From Bilabrum cf. latius (lineage: Eukaryota): a stretch of 64,000 bases of DNA. This document shows, in pieces, positions 10,218 to 22,500 of the stretch. Position numbers and translations under genes: made by a program. The DNA is taken from positions 744,001-808,000 of the forward strand of contig OZ237740.1 of assembly GCA_965178125.1 (NCBI GenBank). The letters run 5' to 3'. The notes beneath the pieces were generated by a model. The model searched no databases, was not told the DNA's origin, and worked only from the letters and a program-made list of their open reading frames with translations. The first letter of the stretch is position 1. Every line of letters starts with the position of its first letter.

Positions 10218-12979
10218 GGTCGGCGCCGCGCCCAGTCAATGGCGACGGGACCGATTTAAGTGCACGCAACTATTTCGGGGTTCTGGCCAAATCTGGAACC
10301 GCCCATTATCTCGCTTAATAATCATTCAACGTGATATTTAATCGCATTAAATGATTTAATATGATATTATACTCTGATTTTTGCGGTGGAAAATTCTGTT
10401 AGACATCGTGATGCGCACCTGTGATACCATGAAGGGTCGGTACCCCTTGTTGCTTGGGTGCGGCTACAGGCGTACACAGAGAGGGTTTTTGATCAAAACG
10501 CCTAGAATCACACCTCAACCCAAGTATCAATCGACTGTGAGATTAGCTGGAAAATGTTTTTGGTTAGCGTCTTGCCAGGCCTAGCCAAAGGCAATATCGC
10601 ACTGCCCTGCAAGGGACATACATTCTATGATTCCAAGGCCCATAGAGGTCACTGCGCGAAATCAAGCCCGCAAATGTGTATTTTGACTATACTTACATCC
10701 CTTGCACCAGTTTGCGTTGAATTGATTTCGTGCCGAACCGCCGGAACTGCACTGGGTCCGCGAAGTGGAATGCCTGGCGCGGCTGGGCTTCGTTCGAGCC
10801 GAACCAAAACGCCTCCTTCAAGCGCATGTCAGCCAGTAGAACCCCGTGACGGCTGAAGACGATACTTCGAGACTATCATCCCGGACCGCGTTGTCGCCGT
10901 TGCTATCTGCAATCCCTGCTCCTGTGCCTGCTCGGCTGCGTCCTGCGCTTCCTGGTGTCCCCCAGCTCGTCTTCCTGGTCCTTCAGGTCGTCTTCGCCAT
11001 CGCTGCCGTAGCGTTCAACCCATTTCTTGTGCATGCCTGACCGCAACTGTTCGCGTTTACGCCCTGCCGTGATGCTCGAGACCGCGCTTGGCTCGCCTGC
11101 TCCTCCCCCCCGCCCTGCGCTGCTTCTTCAATGTCTGCAGCCCACCCTTTGCCCCCGCTCTTGGTCTTGCTCTTGCTCAAGCCCTTATACTTCCATGCCC
11201 TCTTGTCAGCGACGACAAATAAACACGGCTCCAAGGACAGCTCCATCCAGCGTTTACTACGACAGCCTCCAGCAAGTCTCCTCCAGCCAAACCGGAACAA
11301 CCGCGAGGCCAGGTCCAGGATGCTCTCCCGCTTCTCTGTGTCCTCGATCAGCTAAAACGCGTTTCGGGCAGCATTCTCAGGCTCTGGCACCCCACGAACA
11401 AATCGGCTATCTCGGTTGGCCAGGATCCACAGCACTGCATGCCAAGACTGCACCAGCGACCCCACCGCGCAACCCTGGATCGAGCGACTTTCGCCGCTGG
11501 TTGGGCGAGGCTCTCCGCCAGAAAGTGGGCATATCGTTGTCATTGCTCGGCGCAGACGCTGGACCGCTGGTCGCCTCACCTCGCATTCTGTCTCGCCACG
11601 GGCGCAGCACGAGCACCTCCGGTCGCCCTGGCTCCCTGCCCAGTGGTCCAGGCCCCGGAGCCGCCCGGGCGGTGCCAGAGCTCAACAGCTGGTTCCAGGC
11701 CAGCTGTACTGTTGAGCTTGTTTCTAGTTCTGATTGCCTAATTTAGACGCTTCAAGCTTTCCTTGGCTGTGTCGCATAGCTACAGAACGAGCGACTAAAT
11801 AGCCCCGGTTCCACATGCAGAGGCTGCCGCAGATATGCCACCTAGCTCAAGATGAACTCGTACAAGCGCCAAATCCACAGTTCTAGGTGTCCAGCTAGTG
11901 ATACCGACTTACAGGACACGAAGGTATGTAGAGATAGGCCTCTTGCCGTGCACGATCGATAGTGCAGCGGCCACCAGAGAAACTGCGCATGCGTATGCAA
12001 CTGCGCATCGAGCAGCCTAATGGTGATTTTTCTGCTGCTAAATAATTTTGTCCTCCTTCAGCGTATTCAAGCGTTGCTACATCCCTGTATCCAGTTTTAG
12101 AGGCTGACCGTCCAAATCTAAGGACCTGTCCAGTTGGCCTAGGCGGTCTCTCGCCTCAATCGAGGTGTATGATGTCTGCGAAACCCATCAGAATAGAACT
12201 GTAGTATGTAAAATACAAATATATAAAGGTAGTACCCTCCATTCTGCCAATCATGCATTTTAATCGATCATATCGACAAAAAAATGTCCACGACACCCCT
12301 ACCTTCAAAGCCAATTTGCAAAAATACGTCATCTCCGAATTCGCTCAAACTTCCAGACAATGATTAAAACCCACGGAAGGTACAGTAGAGGGAGAACGAG
12401 AAGGGGGTCAGGCTTCGTTTCCATGCCAGACCTGCCTGAAGAGCACCGTGTTGCACGTCAGACCACAACAAATCGCCCGTAGTCCCGCCCAACACGGCAC
12501 AATCGCGTCAAATAACGCAGAAATTACATTTAAACCTATGTATTAATCCAATTCACCGCACCTTCCTCGGAAAAATCATCAAGTTGTAGATTTCGGCTCG
12601 GCCAGCGAGCACTCGGGACAGGCCATCACGCCATCCCAATTACCCCCACCATTTTACGATCAATGTAAAATTCAATGCCACCAAAAAAACAAATACACAA
12701 TTCTATTTAACATAAATTTTACGGTATTTGAGATATTGCCTCAATCTCGAGAAAATCGCGATTGAGTGCCAGGCGAGCAGCGCCTCACCTTGTCGGACGG
12801 GCCAGTGGAGCTACTTGCCGGATCCATGACCTCGGATCCAGCGCACCAATCGAATATAGTAATCAATTCATTCCTATTGTCAGACTTTTGAAAGAATTCA
12901 TTCAGTGGTAGCCGAGGAAAGTGGCCGTAAAGAATCCGGAACCCTCTCCCGTCGCCATTGACTGGGCGCGGCGCCGACC
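10218..12979. mobile_element. TIR DNA transposon copy B (decayed/non-autonomous), 2762 bp
   Basis: Perfect 33-bp TIRs GGTCGGCGCCGCGCCCAGTCAATGGCGACGGGA; AAAAT at 10213-10217 and 12980-12984; colinear with copy A but diverged. Confidence 0.85.
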
Positions 12980-13074
12980 AAAATCGGATGATGCTATTTG
13001 ATTGCCACTCTAGTTACATTTAGTCGGAGCCCTGTGCGTTGCATATATGATTTGAGCTGCGGGCGGACTGTGGT

Positions 13075-14163
13075 ATGTCGCAGCGAGACACAGACTTCGA
13101 TCTGGTTGACCTTTTCGACGCATACACCAGCGACAGTGTTTCAAGCAGGCCAACGAGCAGGGTGGACCGAGCGATTGCGTCAGCAGTGGCACGAACATCT
13201 GCTAGATCAGCAGCTGGCGCGGATGGCCCTGCGTCTGTGTAGGTGGGGCAGAAGCGCGGCAGAACCATAGCTTCGGGCACGCGAGGCGCGCCAAAAAGGC
13301 GGAAGAGAGAGACGGGTGGGCATGAGTGCTCCGAGTGCGGAAAGGTGCTGAGCTCGATGAAAAATCTCAGGCGACATATGAGCACGGTGCATCTGGGCGA
13401 GCGCAAGCACGAGTGCACCGAGTGCAGCAAGCGCTTCGGGGAAGCAGGCGATCTCAAAAGGCATATGAGGACGGTGCATCTGGGGGAGCGCAAGCACGAG
13501 TGCACCGAGTGCGGCAAGCGCTTCGGGAGGGCAGGCCATCTCAAGACACATATGAGCACGGTGCATCTGGGTGAGCGCAAGCACGAGTGCATCGAGTGCG
13601 GCAAGCGCTTCGGGGAAGCAGGCGATCTCAAAAGGCATATGAGGACGGTGCATCTGGGGGAGCGCAAGCACGAGTGCACCGAGTGCGGCAAGCGCTTTGG
13701 GCGAGCAGGCGATCTCAAGACACACGTGAGCACGGTACATCTGGGCGAGCGCAAGCACGAGTGCACCGAGTGCGGCAAGCGCTTCGGGGAAGCAGGCCAT
13801 CACAAGAGGCATATGAGCACGGTGCATCTGGGGGAGCGCAAGCACGAGTGCACCGAGTGCGGCAAGCGCTTCGGGAGTGCAGGCACTCTCAAGACACACA
13901 TGAGCACGGTGCATCTGGGGGAGCGCAAGCACGAGTGCACCGTGTGCGGCAAGCGCTTTGGGGAAGCAGGCCATCTCAAGAGGCACGTGAGCACGGTGCA
14001 TCTGGGCGAGCGCAAGCACGAGTGCATCGAGTGCGGCAAGCGCTTTGGGCGAGCAGGCGATCTCAAGACACACGTGAGCACGGTGCATCTGGGCGAGCGC
14101 AAGTACCATGCACCGTGTGCGGCAAGTGCTTTGGGGAAGCAGGCCATGTTAAGAAGCACATGA
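13075..14163 (+). CDS. Tandem C2H2 zinc-finger protein (9 fingers; a 10th is frameshifted)
   Basis: ATG 13075 and TAG 13240-13242 read through into 29-aa/87-bp repeats HECxECGKRFGxAGxLKxHxxTVHLGERK. Confidence 0.9.
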
Positions 14164-14463
14164 AGACAGTCCGTGGCGTCGCACAAACCAAGGCCACAAC
14201 TTGGGGATAAGGTTAAGCAGCAACAAGTTGCCTTGGATTCAGAATAGCGACACGCTCTGAAACAGTGCGGTGTCTAGCCTCTGCATAGCAAACCTTACAT
14301 CATGAGTCATCACAGTAGGACCTGAGATCAAGGTTCGTGGAGGGCTCCGATGGTGTGCTGCCTTTGGCTGTAGCGCAACCGGGCGACATGCGCCTTCAAA
14401 GGCCAAAACGGACAATTGCCGATATAATATACGAATTGCACTGCAGTTGACTCATTCCCTGTC

Positions 14464-16512
14464 TCACACAGACAGAACCGAAGATGTCTCCCCAGCCCCC
14501 GCCGCGCCACCGGCCCACAACGACAGGTCCCTCCCATCCACCACACGGTTCGCCAGCGCCTGCCCCGTCCGCACCTTCCACAGCACCTGCCGCAGCCTCA
14601 GCTCCGCAGCGGAACCGGCACCCTGAATGCGCGGCGCCCCCGCTTTTTTCTCGAACCCGTCCAGCAGGGCCCCCACATCCCCTGGGGGCAGCTCCTCCCC
14701 ACTCCCCTCTCCCAAAGAGGCCGCGACCTGTGGGGGCAAGCCCCCGGCCCCGGCCTCTATCGCTGGTTCTCCGCCGTCGATCACGGCCATGGCGCATGGG
14801 ACCTGCCTCAGTAGCGAGGGCACCAGGCGGGGCGCAGCGGCCAGGGGCAGCCTCACCACGGCTCCGTGGAAGCGGGCACCTTTTTTCCCGCAGGTGAACC
14901 CTGGCCGGTCGGGCCTCCATCGGGGCCCCCTCATGAGCACCTCGAAGGCTGCCTCTTCGTCCGTGATGGTGATGGTGGTGGTGGAGGGAGAGGCATCCGT
15001 GCCGTTGCTCCCTGCTTTGTTCCCACTGACCGCCTCCAGTGCCAGCTTGCACCACTCCTCGTCCGCGTAGCCCCACCGACACAGCCTAACCGGACTCACC
15101 GCCACCGAGCAGACGGTGGATTTTCCGGCGGCCCCCATCAGGAGCCTCCTCCTCTCTCTCAGCACCTCGCCTGCCGCCTCCTCGTCCAGGGGGGCCACTG
15201 ACGATCTGCCGTCCGCGGACACCTCCGCGCTTCCGATGTCCTCACTCGTCACACCCGCGTTCTACATGGCCCGGGTCATGATCTCCTCCTCAGTCGCCTG
15301 GTTCCTGCCGATTGAGGCCAGCACGACGTCCGACTGCGTGGACTCGTCCAGCACGCGCCTCCACAGGCGGTCGGCGGCACCCTGCGGTAGGGCAGTGAGC
15401 AGCGCACCTGGGTTCTGCTAGGACACGTCCTGGCCTGCCTCGGCGCGGTCGGTCGCAACGAACACGAGCCCTGGCCCCGTCCATGATGAGGCGCGCAGGG
15501 CGGCGCACGTGCTGTCCAGGTACGTGTGCGAGAGCTCTCGTGCCAGTGCACTGGAGATATGCTCGAAGTTCTTCCATCCGATGCGTGGGAACGCCTTCTT
15601 GTGCCTCGCGAGACCGATGATGTGGTCCACAGCGAGGTCAATGCTCGTTGCGTTTGCGTCGATGACTATATCGGCGTAGTCTGGATGCTCATACGGGTGC
15701 GTCATTCCGGTGAGACGGATCTTTCCTTCCTTGGATTGGGCGTACATCCCCGTTTGGTCGCGCTGCTCGCACACTTTCGGCTCGGTCGCAACGTGCACCA
15801 CGAGCATGGCCGGAACCTTGGCTTCTGATACCGAGGCGACTGTTGATACCGGGGAGGCTTCGTACTGGCCTCTCCCAATATTATCAAAGTGTTCGTGGTG
15901 CTCTTGCTCCTCCAGGAGGAAGCCTAGCTCGCTTTCAGGTCGGCCTGAGAACTCGTCGGCAAAGAAGCGAGCAGCTGCGCGGCCGATCTCCAGTGGTGAT
16001 ACCGCCGAAACAATGGCGACACTTCCGTCTTTTGTTACTCGAGCCGTTCTCATGCCAGTTCTTGCCATTTCCGAGTTGTGCTTGGATGCTGGGGCAGCCC
16101 CCAGTTGGTTGGTCTGCAAGTTGATAGCTGTGACCGTGCGGTCCGGTTGCAGGACCTTTATTCGCTCTTCAAGGGCCTTTGCTATCTCTAATTTCCCAGA
16201 ACTGTGCAAACCAATCAGCGTTATGATTAGTCCTCGATAATCTTCTGATTCGTCACGCTATTCAGCAATCTCGGCTGCTGACCGAAGGTCCTCGTCAAGC
16301 GCTCCCATGCCGAAGCCCTCGTTCTCAGTATCATCCTGAGTTTCACTGGCACTCTGCACATCCAATTCATCTAAATCTCCTATGGACAGGGTTCTCTTTG
16401 TTGCAGTGTCCCTGCTCGAAATGTCCTGCAGCTCTAGCGACAAACCACTTGGAGCTACTGCTAGCGCCACAAGCAGTACTGGCCAACGCATAGTCGCAGC
16501 GATCCAGCGCAT
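14464..16512 (-). CDS. Signal-peptide protein with an adenylylsulfate (APS) kinase-like domain and an unknown C-terminus, 682 aa
   Basis: Three same-frame ORFs joined over 3 TAGs; ITLIGLHSSGKLEIAKAL, IVSAVSP, CEQRDQTGMY, LTGMTHPYEHP; TGA stop. Confidence 0.75.
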
Positions 16513-16885
16513 CTTTATATTGCCAAGATGTGTATGCCAAGACCGAAACTATATCACTTCAACGATGGATCTCGGGTGATCCTATGCCCTATGGTGCGAG
16601 CGGTGCGAAAGCTCGACTCCAATAAAGAACCTCTACGAACATTCGATACACGAATGATCGGATCAACAACCACCAATCCGCCAGCAACAAGCATTGTGGT
16701 GTCTGTAGGTGAGATACGCGCCCTATTGCTGCCATACTTGCTCAGTGTATTTTTATAACTTATTTGATTGCAGTGCAATGGCTTCAACTCTGTCGAGACA
16801 GCTTGCAGTCCCGCGGCAAGTATCCAATTTGGTTACGCTGGCGATTACCAACCGCTCGCTTTCTGTTTCCACTTGCAGGGTTATC

Positions 16886-17718
16886 ATGACGGTGTCCAAG
16901 TACAGCCGCCTCAGTAGCAAGGAGGACAGGAACAAGAGTGAGGTATTCAGTGCCTGACTAGGCTCAAGATTGGGCTGCCTGTTGGCAGTGTTTCCCGGTT
17001 CGTAGTGTCTGGAAGTCTCACTGGTCCTCTTGTCAGCCTCTAGCTGGATAATCTGCATTCATTGGTTTGCTGAATATGGATATGCTGGCTTCGCTCTGAC
17101 TCCCACCCTGAACCATCGGCTTGCTTGCTGTGTCTCTTCATCGCAGTGCCGCGCGCTCGCGTGGATAGGCTGCGTGTGCACTACAAGAAGTGCCGCGAGA
17201 TCGCCGCCCACATCCGTGGTATGCGCGTGGACAAGGCAATCGCGTACCTGAAGGAGGTGATCGCCGGTACCAAGGGTATCGCCATGCGCCGGCACACTGG
17301 CGGGTGCGGCCGCCACCAGCAGGGCAAGCTCATCCGGGCCCCTGGTAACTCCGTGGCTTTCCCCACCAAGCCCACGAAGCATTTCATCTACTTGCTTGAG
17401 AACGTTGTGGCCAACGCCCAGAACCGTGGCAAGGATTTCGAGGCACTCGGCGCCGACGAGCTCATCATCGAGCACGTGCAGGTGAACCGCGCCGTCAAGA
17501 TGCGCCGACGCACCTACAGGGCGCACGGCCGCATCAGCCCTTACCTGGCACACCCCGCCCACATCGAGATCATCACCCGCGGCATCCTTGAGCCCGTGGC
17601 CAAGGAGGAGCCCTTCGAGCGCCTTCCTAAGCCCCTCAGTGCCAAGAAGGTGGCCCAGCTCAAGTCTGCCGGCAAGCAGGTGCGCGTGATCCGTCTGCGC
17701 AACGGTGCCAGCGCCTGA
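16886..17718 (+). CDS. RPL17: 60S ribosomal protein L17 (uL22); exons 16886-16937 and 17147-17718
   Basis: MTVSKYSR..., LRVHYK, HVQVNRAVKMRRRTYRAHGRISPYLAHPAHIEI; a GTGAGG...TCGCAG intron restores the frame. Confidence 0.92.
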
Positions 17719-18098
17719 ATGTGATCTTGCGATTGGATTGGTGTGTGGTTCGCGGCGGCAGCTCCGTCGCGGCAGGGTACTCTATAGAGACGGTGTGGTC
17801 AGTGCACGCTGTGGCATTGCAGGAAAGATCTTGGGAGACTGGCCGTGCAGGAGAGGAGTGGGTAGGAAGGAAATGAATTAGGGAAATATCCTAGTTGGAT
17901 GGATTGCTTGATTGCCCCCCTCGAATACGCGGTGTCGAACTCTTCTCCAAGTGATGCACTCATTCGCCTCGGCCTATGGATCGGATGCCGCACCTCACGC
18001 ACCGTGGCAGGCTCTCCATAGTACTAGTATTGCAATTCTTTACATTCATAAGCTACACCGGGGCTACGCAACCACAAAATAATGTAGTATGGCCAATC

Positions 18099-19361
18099 TC
18101 AGTCATTGTGAGCGCGGCCCCCACGCCTGCGGACTACCCTCGAGTACAGCTGCGGGTCTCTAGAGTCTGCTGCCGTCGCTACGCCCGCTACAGTGGCAAC
18201 TAATACTATGGCGAGGCCGAGGCCAGTGAACGCGAGGATGTTGTAGTCTTCGATCTCGGCCAAGCTGGGTGCCGTCCCGTTCCCAACCGAAGCAAGTCGC
18301 CGCGCTCCTCGCGCCTCTTCCACCTCGAGCAGCTGCTCCACTGCTGCCAATGAGCCCCCTTCTCGCCCACTAGGATCAGCAGACCAAGCATGCAGGGCTT
18401 CTGTGCTCGGTTCCGATGGCAGGCACCTGCTCCGCGACGGCGGCGATGACGCCATGAAAGCCGCTCCTCCATCCGCCACGACAGCATCAGAAGCCAGCTT
18501 CCAGGCAGTAGCAGACGCTGCTCCAGAGATGCTCTTCGCGAGCCGCGCGGAAGGTCCTGTTTGGCGAGCAAGGTCGCTGAGGCCAGACCAGGAGGCGAGC
18601 ACCATGGATGGTCGCAACTCGCGGGGGACGCCCTGACCGGCGGATTTCGAGGACGTCTCCGACTGTCTAACAGACTGCATTCGCCTTGCCATAACAATTG
18701 TCCACACAGCCTGGCCCAAAGCGCGTCGCGTGCTCTCCGGCACGTCACTACGACCGGTGAGATCAACAAACTGCGACGCTGCCTCGCCAGCAACCCGACT
18801 GGCTGCCTTGCACGAGCCGTCCGTAGTGACTTCTACAGCCACATTCAATTCTTCGAGTATCTAAATGGTACTGGGATCCTCCCTACAGGGGTCAAACAGA
18901 CCCAGGCCTGCGAAGTGGCCGGCCGGTGCAACAACTACGTCCCTGTCGCACCCTTTTCTGGTCGTACCAGACAGTGAAACCCCTGAATCATCTTCATCTA
19001 ATAAAACTGCAGACGTGTCACCTCTGAGCAGGTCGCAAGGCGCGTGAAAGCCTTTTGAAATTGGCCTGTTGCTCTTCGCAGGTTTCACGTCGTCTCCGAC
19101 TGGTCCGTACATGTCCAGCAATTTGCGGGCACGGGGCTCGACACGAATCAGAAGAGAAGATGCTAAGTATTTGGTATCGATGCTGCGTCGAGCAGGGCCA
19201 GCACAGCTTGTGTTTGTGCCGAGGAGAGAATCCACAGCGGCTGCAGTATCCGAATCCAACAGCAAGCTGTCCCGCTGCTATTCTGGTACCCTGGTGAGAA
19301 GTGCACCTAAACCACAGCCTAAGTAACTGGCTACGATTAAAGTTGAAGCCAATGACCTCAT
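18099..19361 (-). CDS. Type I membrane protein, possibly ATP6AP2/(pro)renin-receptor-like V-ATPase accessory subunit
   Basis: Signal peptide MRSLASTLIVASYLGCGLG; 2 TAGs; C-terminal TM helix YNILAFTGLGLAIVLVATVAGV followed by DPQLY; TGA stop. Confidence 0.55.
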
Positions 19362-19514
19362 TTCCGGGATCTACGAGTGAATATGTCGAATCCGCTTTAT
19401 CCGGATTTGGTCTCAATTGTCACGCTACAACCTAACCGTGTGCATCGCATTGCATGCAAGATTTCTGGTTGGGGTCCAAGCGCGAAATCAGTGAGCATGC
19501 AAGAATAAACAACA

Positions 19515-22500
19515 TCACACGATCAAGGCCCATCTAGGGCCATTCACTACACTGCTTGCCACCGACTCGGCCTTCTCGTACTCGAGCCAAGCCTCGCTTT
19601 CCGCCTCGACCTCAAGCCACTCGTCACACATCCGTCTCTCCCGCACTTCGATCGGAAGGTCCATGGGAATCTCTCGAGGTCCCCGTCCAAGCCCACGTCC
19701 GGCACGCTGCCCGTCTCGCTGGGTCCGCCTGCGTGACTGCCCCCCGTGCTCCTTCGGGTCATTCGGACCTACCCTAGCACTGGCGCCAGTGTCTGCACCA
19801 ACACCACCTTCAGGCAACAGTTGCTCCTTCTGCTCAACCTCGCCCCTCTCTCTGCGCTTCTACTCTCCCGCGGGGCCATCCAGCCTCTTTCCCCGAGGCA
19901 CATCGGAAGCACCCCCTGCTGCAAGGCGGGCCACAGCTGCAATGTCGCCCCGCACTTGCACCCCATCCCTGGTTCCCTAGTCCCCTGTTCTCTGGTCTAG
20001 AAGGTCAGTGGTAGCGCTGCTATGACCAGCGTGCTTCGCCTTGACCCGATCAACATCGCCATTCTTGGCCTCCCTTGTTCCCTGTGGATCATCTTTAGCG
20101 GTCCCAAGGGGCTGCTCGGTGGGCCCGTCCACCTCTTTAGCGGTCCCAAGGGGCTGCTCGGTGGGCCCGTCCACCTCTTTAGCGGTCCCAAGGGGCTGCT
20201 CGGTGGGCCCGTCCACCTCTTTAGCGGTCCCAAGGGGCTGCTCGGTGGGCCCGTCCACCTCTTTAGCGGTCCCAAGGGGCTGCTCGGTGGGCCCGTCCAC
20301 CTCTTTAGCGGTCCCAAGGGGCTGCTCGGTGGGCCCGTCCACCCCGCGACGTGTCACTGCTTTGGCATCATGGTGCTCTTCCAGTGGATCTTGATGCTCT
20401 TCCAGTGGATCTTGCTGGGACATGCCACGCTCATGAGCTGCAGGGAATGCTACCGGCAGAGGGGTCTTCAGCGATGGTCGCGGGTCGCTTACCCGCTGTG
20501 TGTCTCGCGGCGATGATACTGCACCCTGGCCGGCCAACGGCGTTGCTCGATCTACGCTACCTGCAGCGGACATGGGCACATCGTCTACCTTGGACTCTTG
20601 GGCGATGTCTCGCCTTGACTTAGACTTTGTTTGTGCCGACATTGTACCTGGGAGGCTGCTGCCACTAGCACCATTGCCACCAGCACCATCAAAGCTTGCT
20701 GCAGGAGGCAAGGGCACGGGCTCCAGGTGAGCCGACCGAGTCGGGGACCTGGGCGAAAGGGACGGGCTGGCAGACTTGAAAGCAGCTACACGTGATCCCA
20801 CTGCCACGACTTGATCCGTTGCGTGCTGTGGACCTCTTTTGCGGCGACGGGGGGTCAGCACATCCGCTTGTGTATCGCCGGTGGCCACCCCTACCCCTGC
20901 TGGCCCGGTGATTTCAACCTGGTGCTCCTGCAGAACCTCGCTGGCCATTGCTTGGACGGGCTTCTCGTCTGGATGCTGGACCGCTTCGATGATGTCAGCC
21001 TCCATCAGGTTTGAAACAGTTGGTGCATCCACTGCAGAGCCGACAGCGACATCGACGGCGTTGGTACTGTCGTGCTTCCGAGGATTTGCTCCGGCGTGCC
21101 CTCGTCGTTTCCTGCGGCCAGCGCTCTGTGCTGCAACACCTGGCTCCGAGACATTCCTGTCACCGGTATGTCGCGGCACATGGGCTTGCTCTTGTGAATC
21201 CTTCCATTCTTCAACCACTGCAGATACTTCACCGCCAGCGCTACCACTCGGCTGCGCGCTTGAACTGCTCTTGTGCGGCCGGTCGGTTTTGGGGAGCTAG
21301 TCGTCGTGTGGCGTACTAGCAATCCCTGGCGCTTCATGCAAGTCCGATCGTGTAGAGCTGCACACCCCCAATGCGCCGCTGGCGGCTGAAGAGGCAACCC
21401 CATCGCCCTCAGTGTTGGAATTCTGTGCACTGTCCTGCCAGGTACCCACAAAGCTCACGCGTCGCTTCGCTCGCGGTGGTCGCCCTGTCGCGACTGTGCT
21501 TCCATCCTCGCGGGGCTGCGAGACTGGCCCAGCAGGAGCTTTTGAGGTGGTTGTTGCGGTGCTAGCGGACCATTTGGAGGCTCGCACTCGGCTGTGTGTA
21601 CGGCTGGGCACGTTCGCTGCATTGACCGACACATCCGCAGTAAACCGTTGCGCGCCACTGCTGGTCCGCAACTTGATTCTTGCCTAATCCTCGGTCGCAA
21701 TAGGCACGAAATCCTCCTCAATGGCACCGCTAGGACCCTCGATATTCACAGGCTTGGCCTCACCCCCATCCAGGTCGCTATCGGTTGAACCGTCTTCCCA
21801 CCCGCGTGCAGTTGCCCTGTGGCCCCGAGGCTCCTCGCTAGAGAAGCCCTCGATCAGGTAGACGCCGCCTGGACGGACAACCTACTGCAGTTCTGACTCT
21901 GAAATGAGAGATTGAATGCCGCCAGAGGTCTCTCGTGATGCTGGGCCCGCAGCGCCCGGGCTTACCAAGGCGTAGTCCACTCGATTCGACACCTGCCAAC
22001 CAGCTTGCGTGGTTGGGATCACTACTTGTGGCTTTGAAGTGGCCAGAGCAATTGGCAGATTTGAAAGGTGCTGGGGCTCTCCTCTTGCCGGTATCCCTGG
22101 TTGGGCAAGCTAGATCACAGCTGCCTTGTGCTCGCTAGCCATGGCACCATTGTCGGCGCGAGCAGGTTCCGACAAAGACAGCTTGCGAGCTGCTTCCTAC
22201 AAGTCGAGCTCTGATTCGCCATCCTTCGCAGCTTCCACTGGTGTCACTTGGCTAGCCGGACTTGGACTCTTTTTGGCATTAGTAGTAGTTGAAGAGCCCA
22301 TGCCGTTCCCATTCCCACTCTCCTTGTTAATGGCGGAACAGGACACCGCACTCCCAGGTTCTTTCCTCACGACAGGCACGACAGTCGGCTCAGTCACTTT
22401 CATCGGCTGCGGAGGGACAGAAGGTGGCTATACCCCACCGTCCCTTCTTTTGTGCTACGCTGCATCCCTAAGCTTCTGGAGGCGAGCCCGTGCAGCGCTT

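Noticed and set aside
8264-11746. Plus-strand ORFs 8264-9088 and 11027-11746 as genes
   Set aside because: No recognisable domain, and indels between the copies change their frames; likely GC-rich shadow ORFs
7457-12979. Simple tandem duplication or LTR retroelement
   Set aside because: Each copy has its own matched TIR variant and 5-bp TSDs; no direct LTRs, RT or gag
16938-17146. Intronic snoRNA in RPL17
   Set aside because: The intron is longer than others here, but I could not identify convincing C/D or H/ACA boxes
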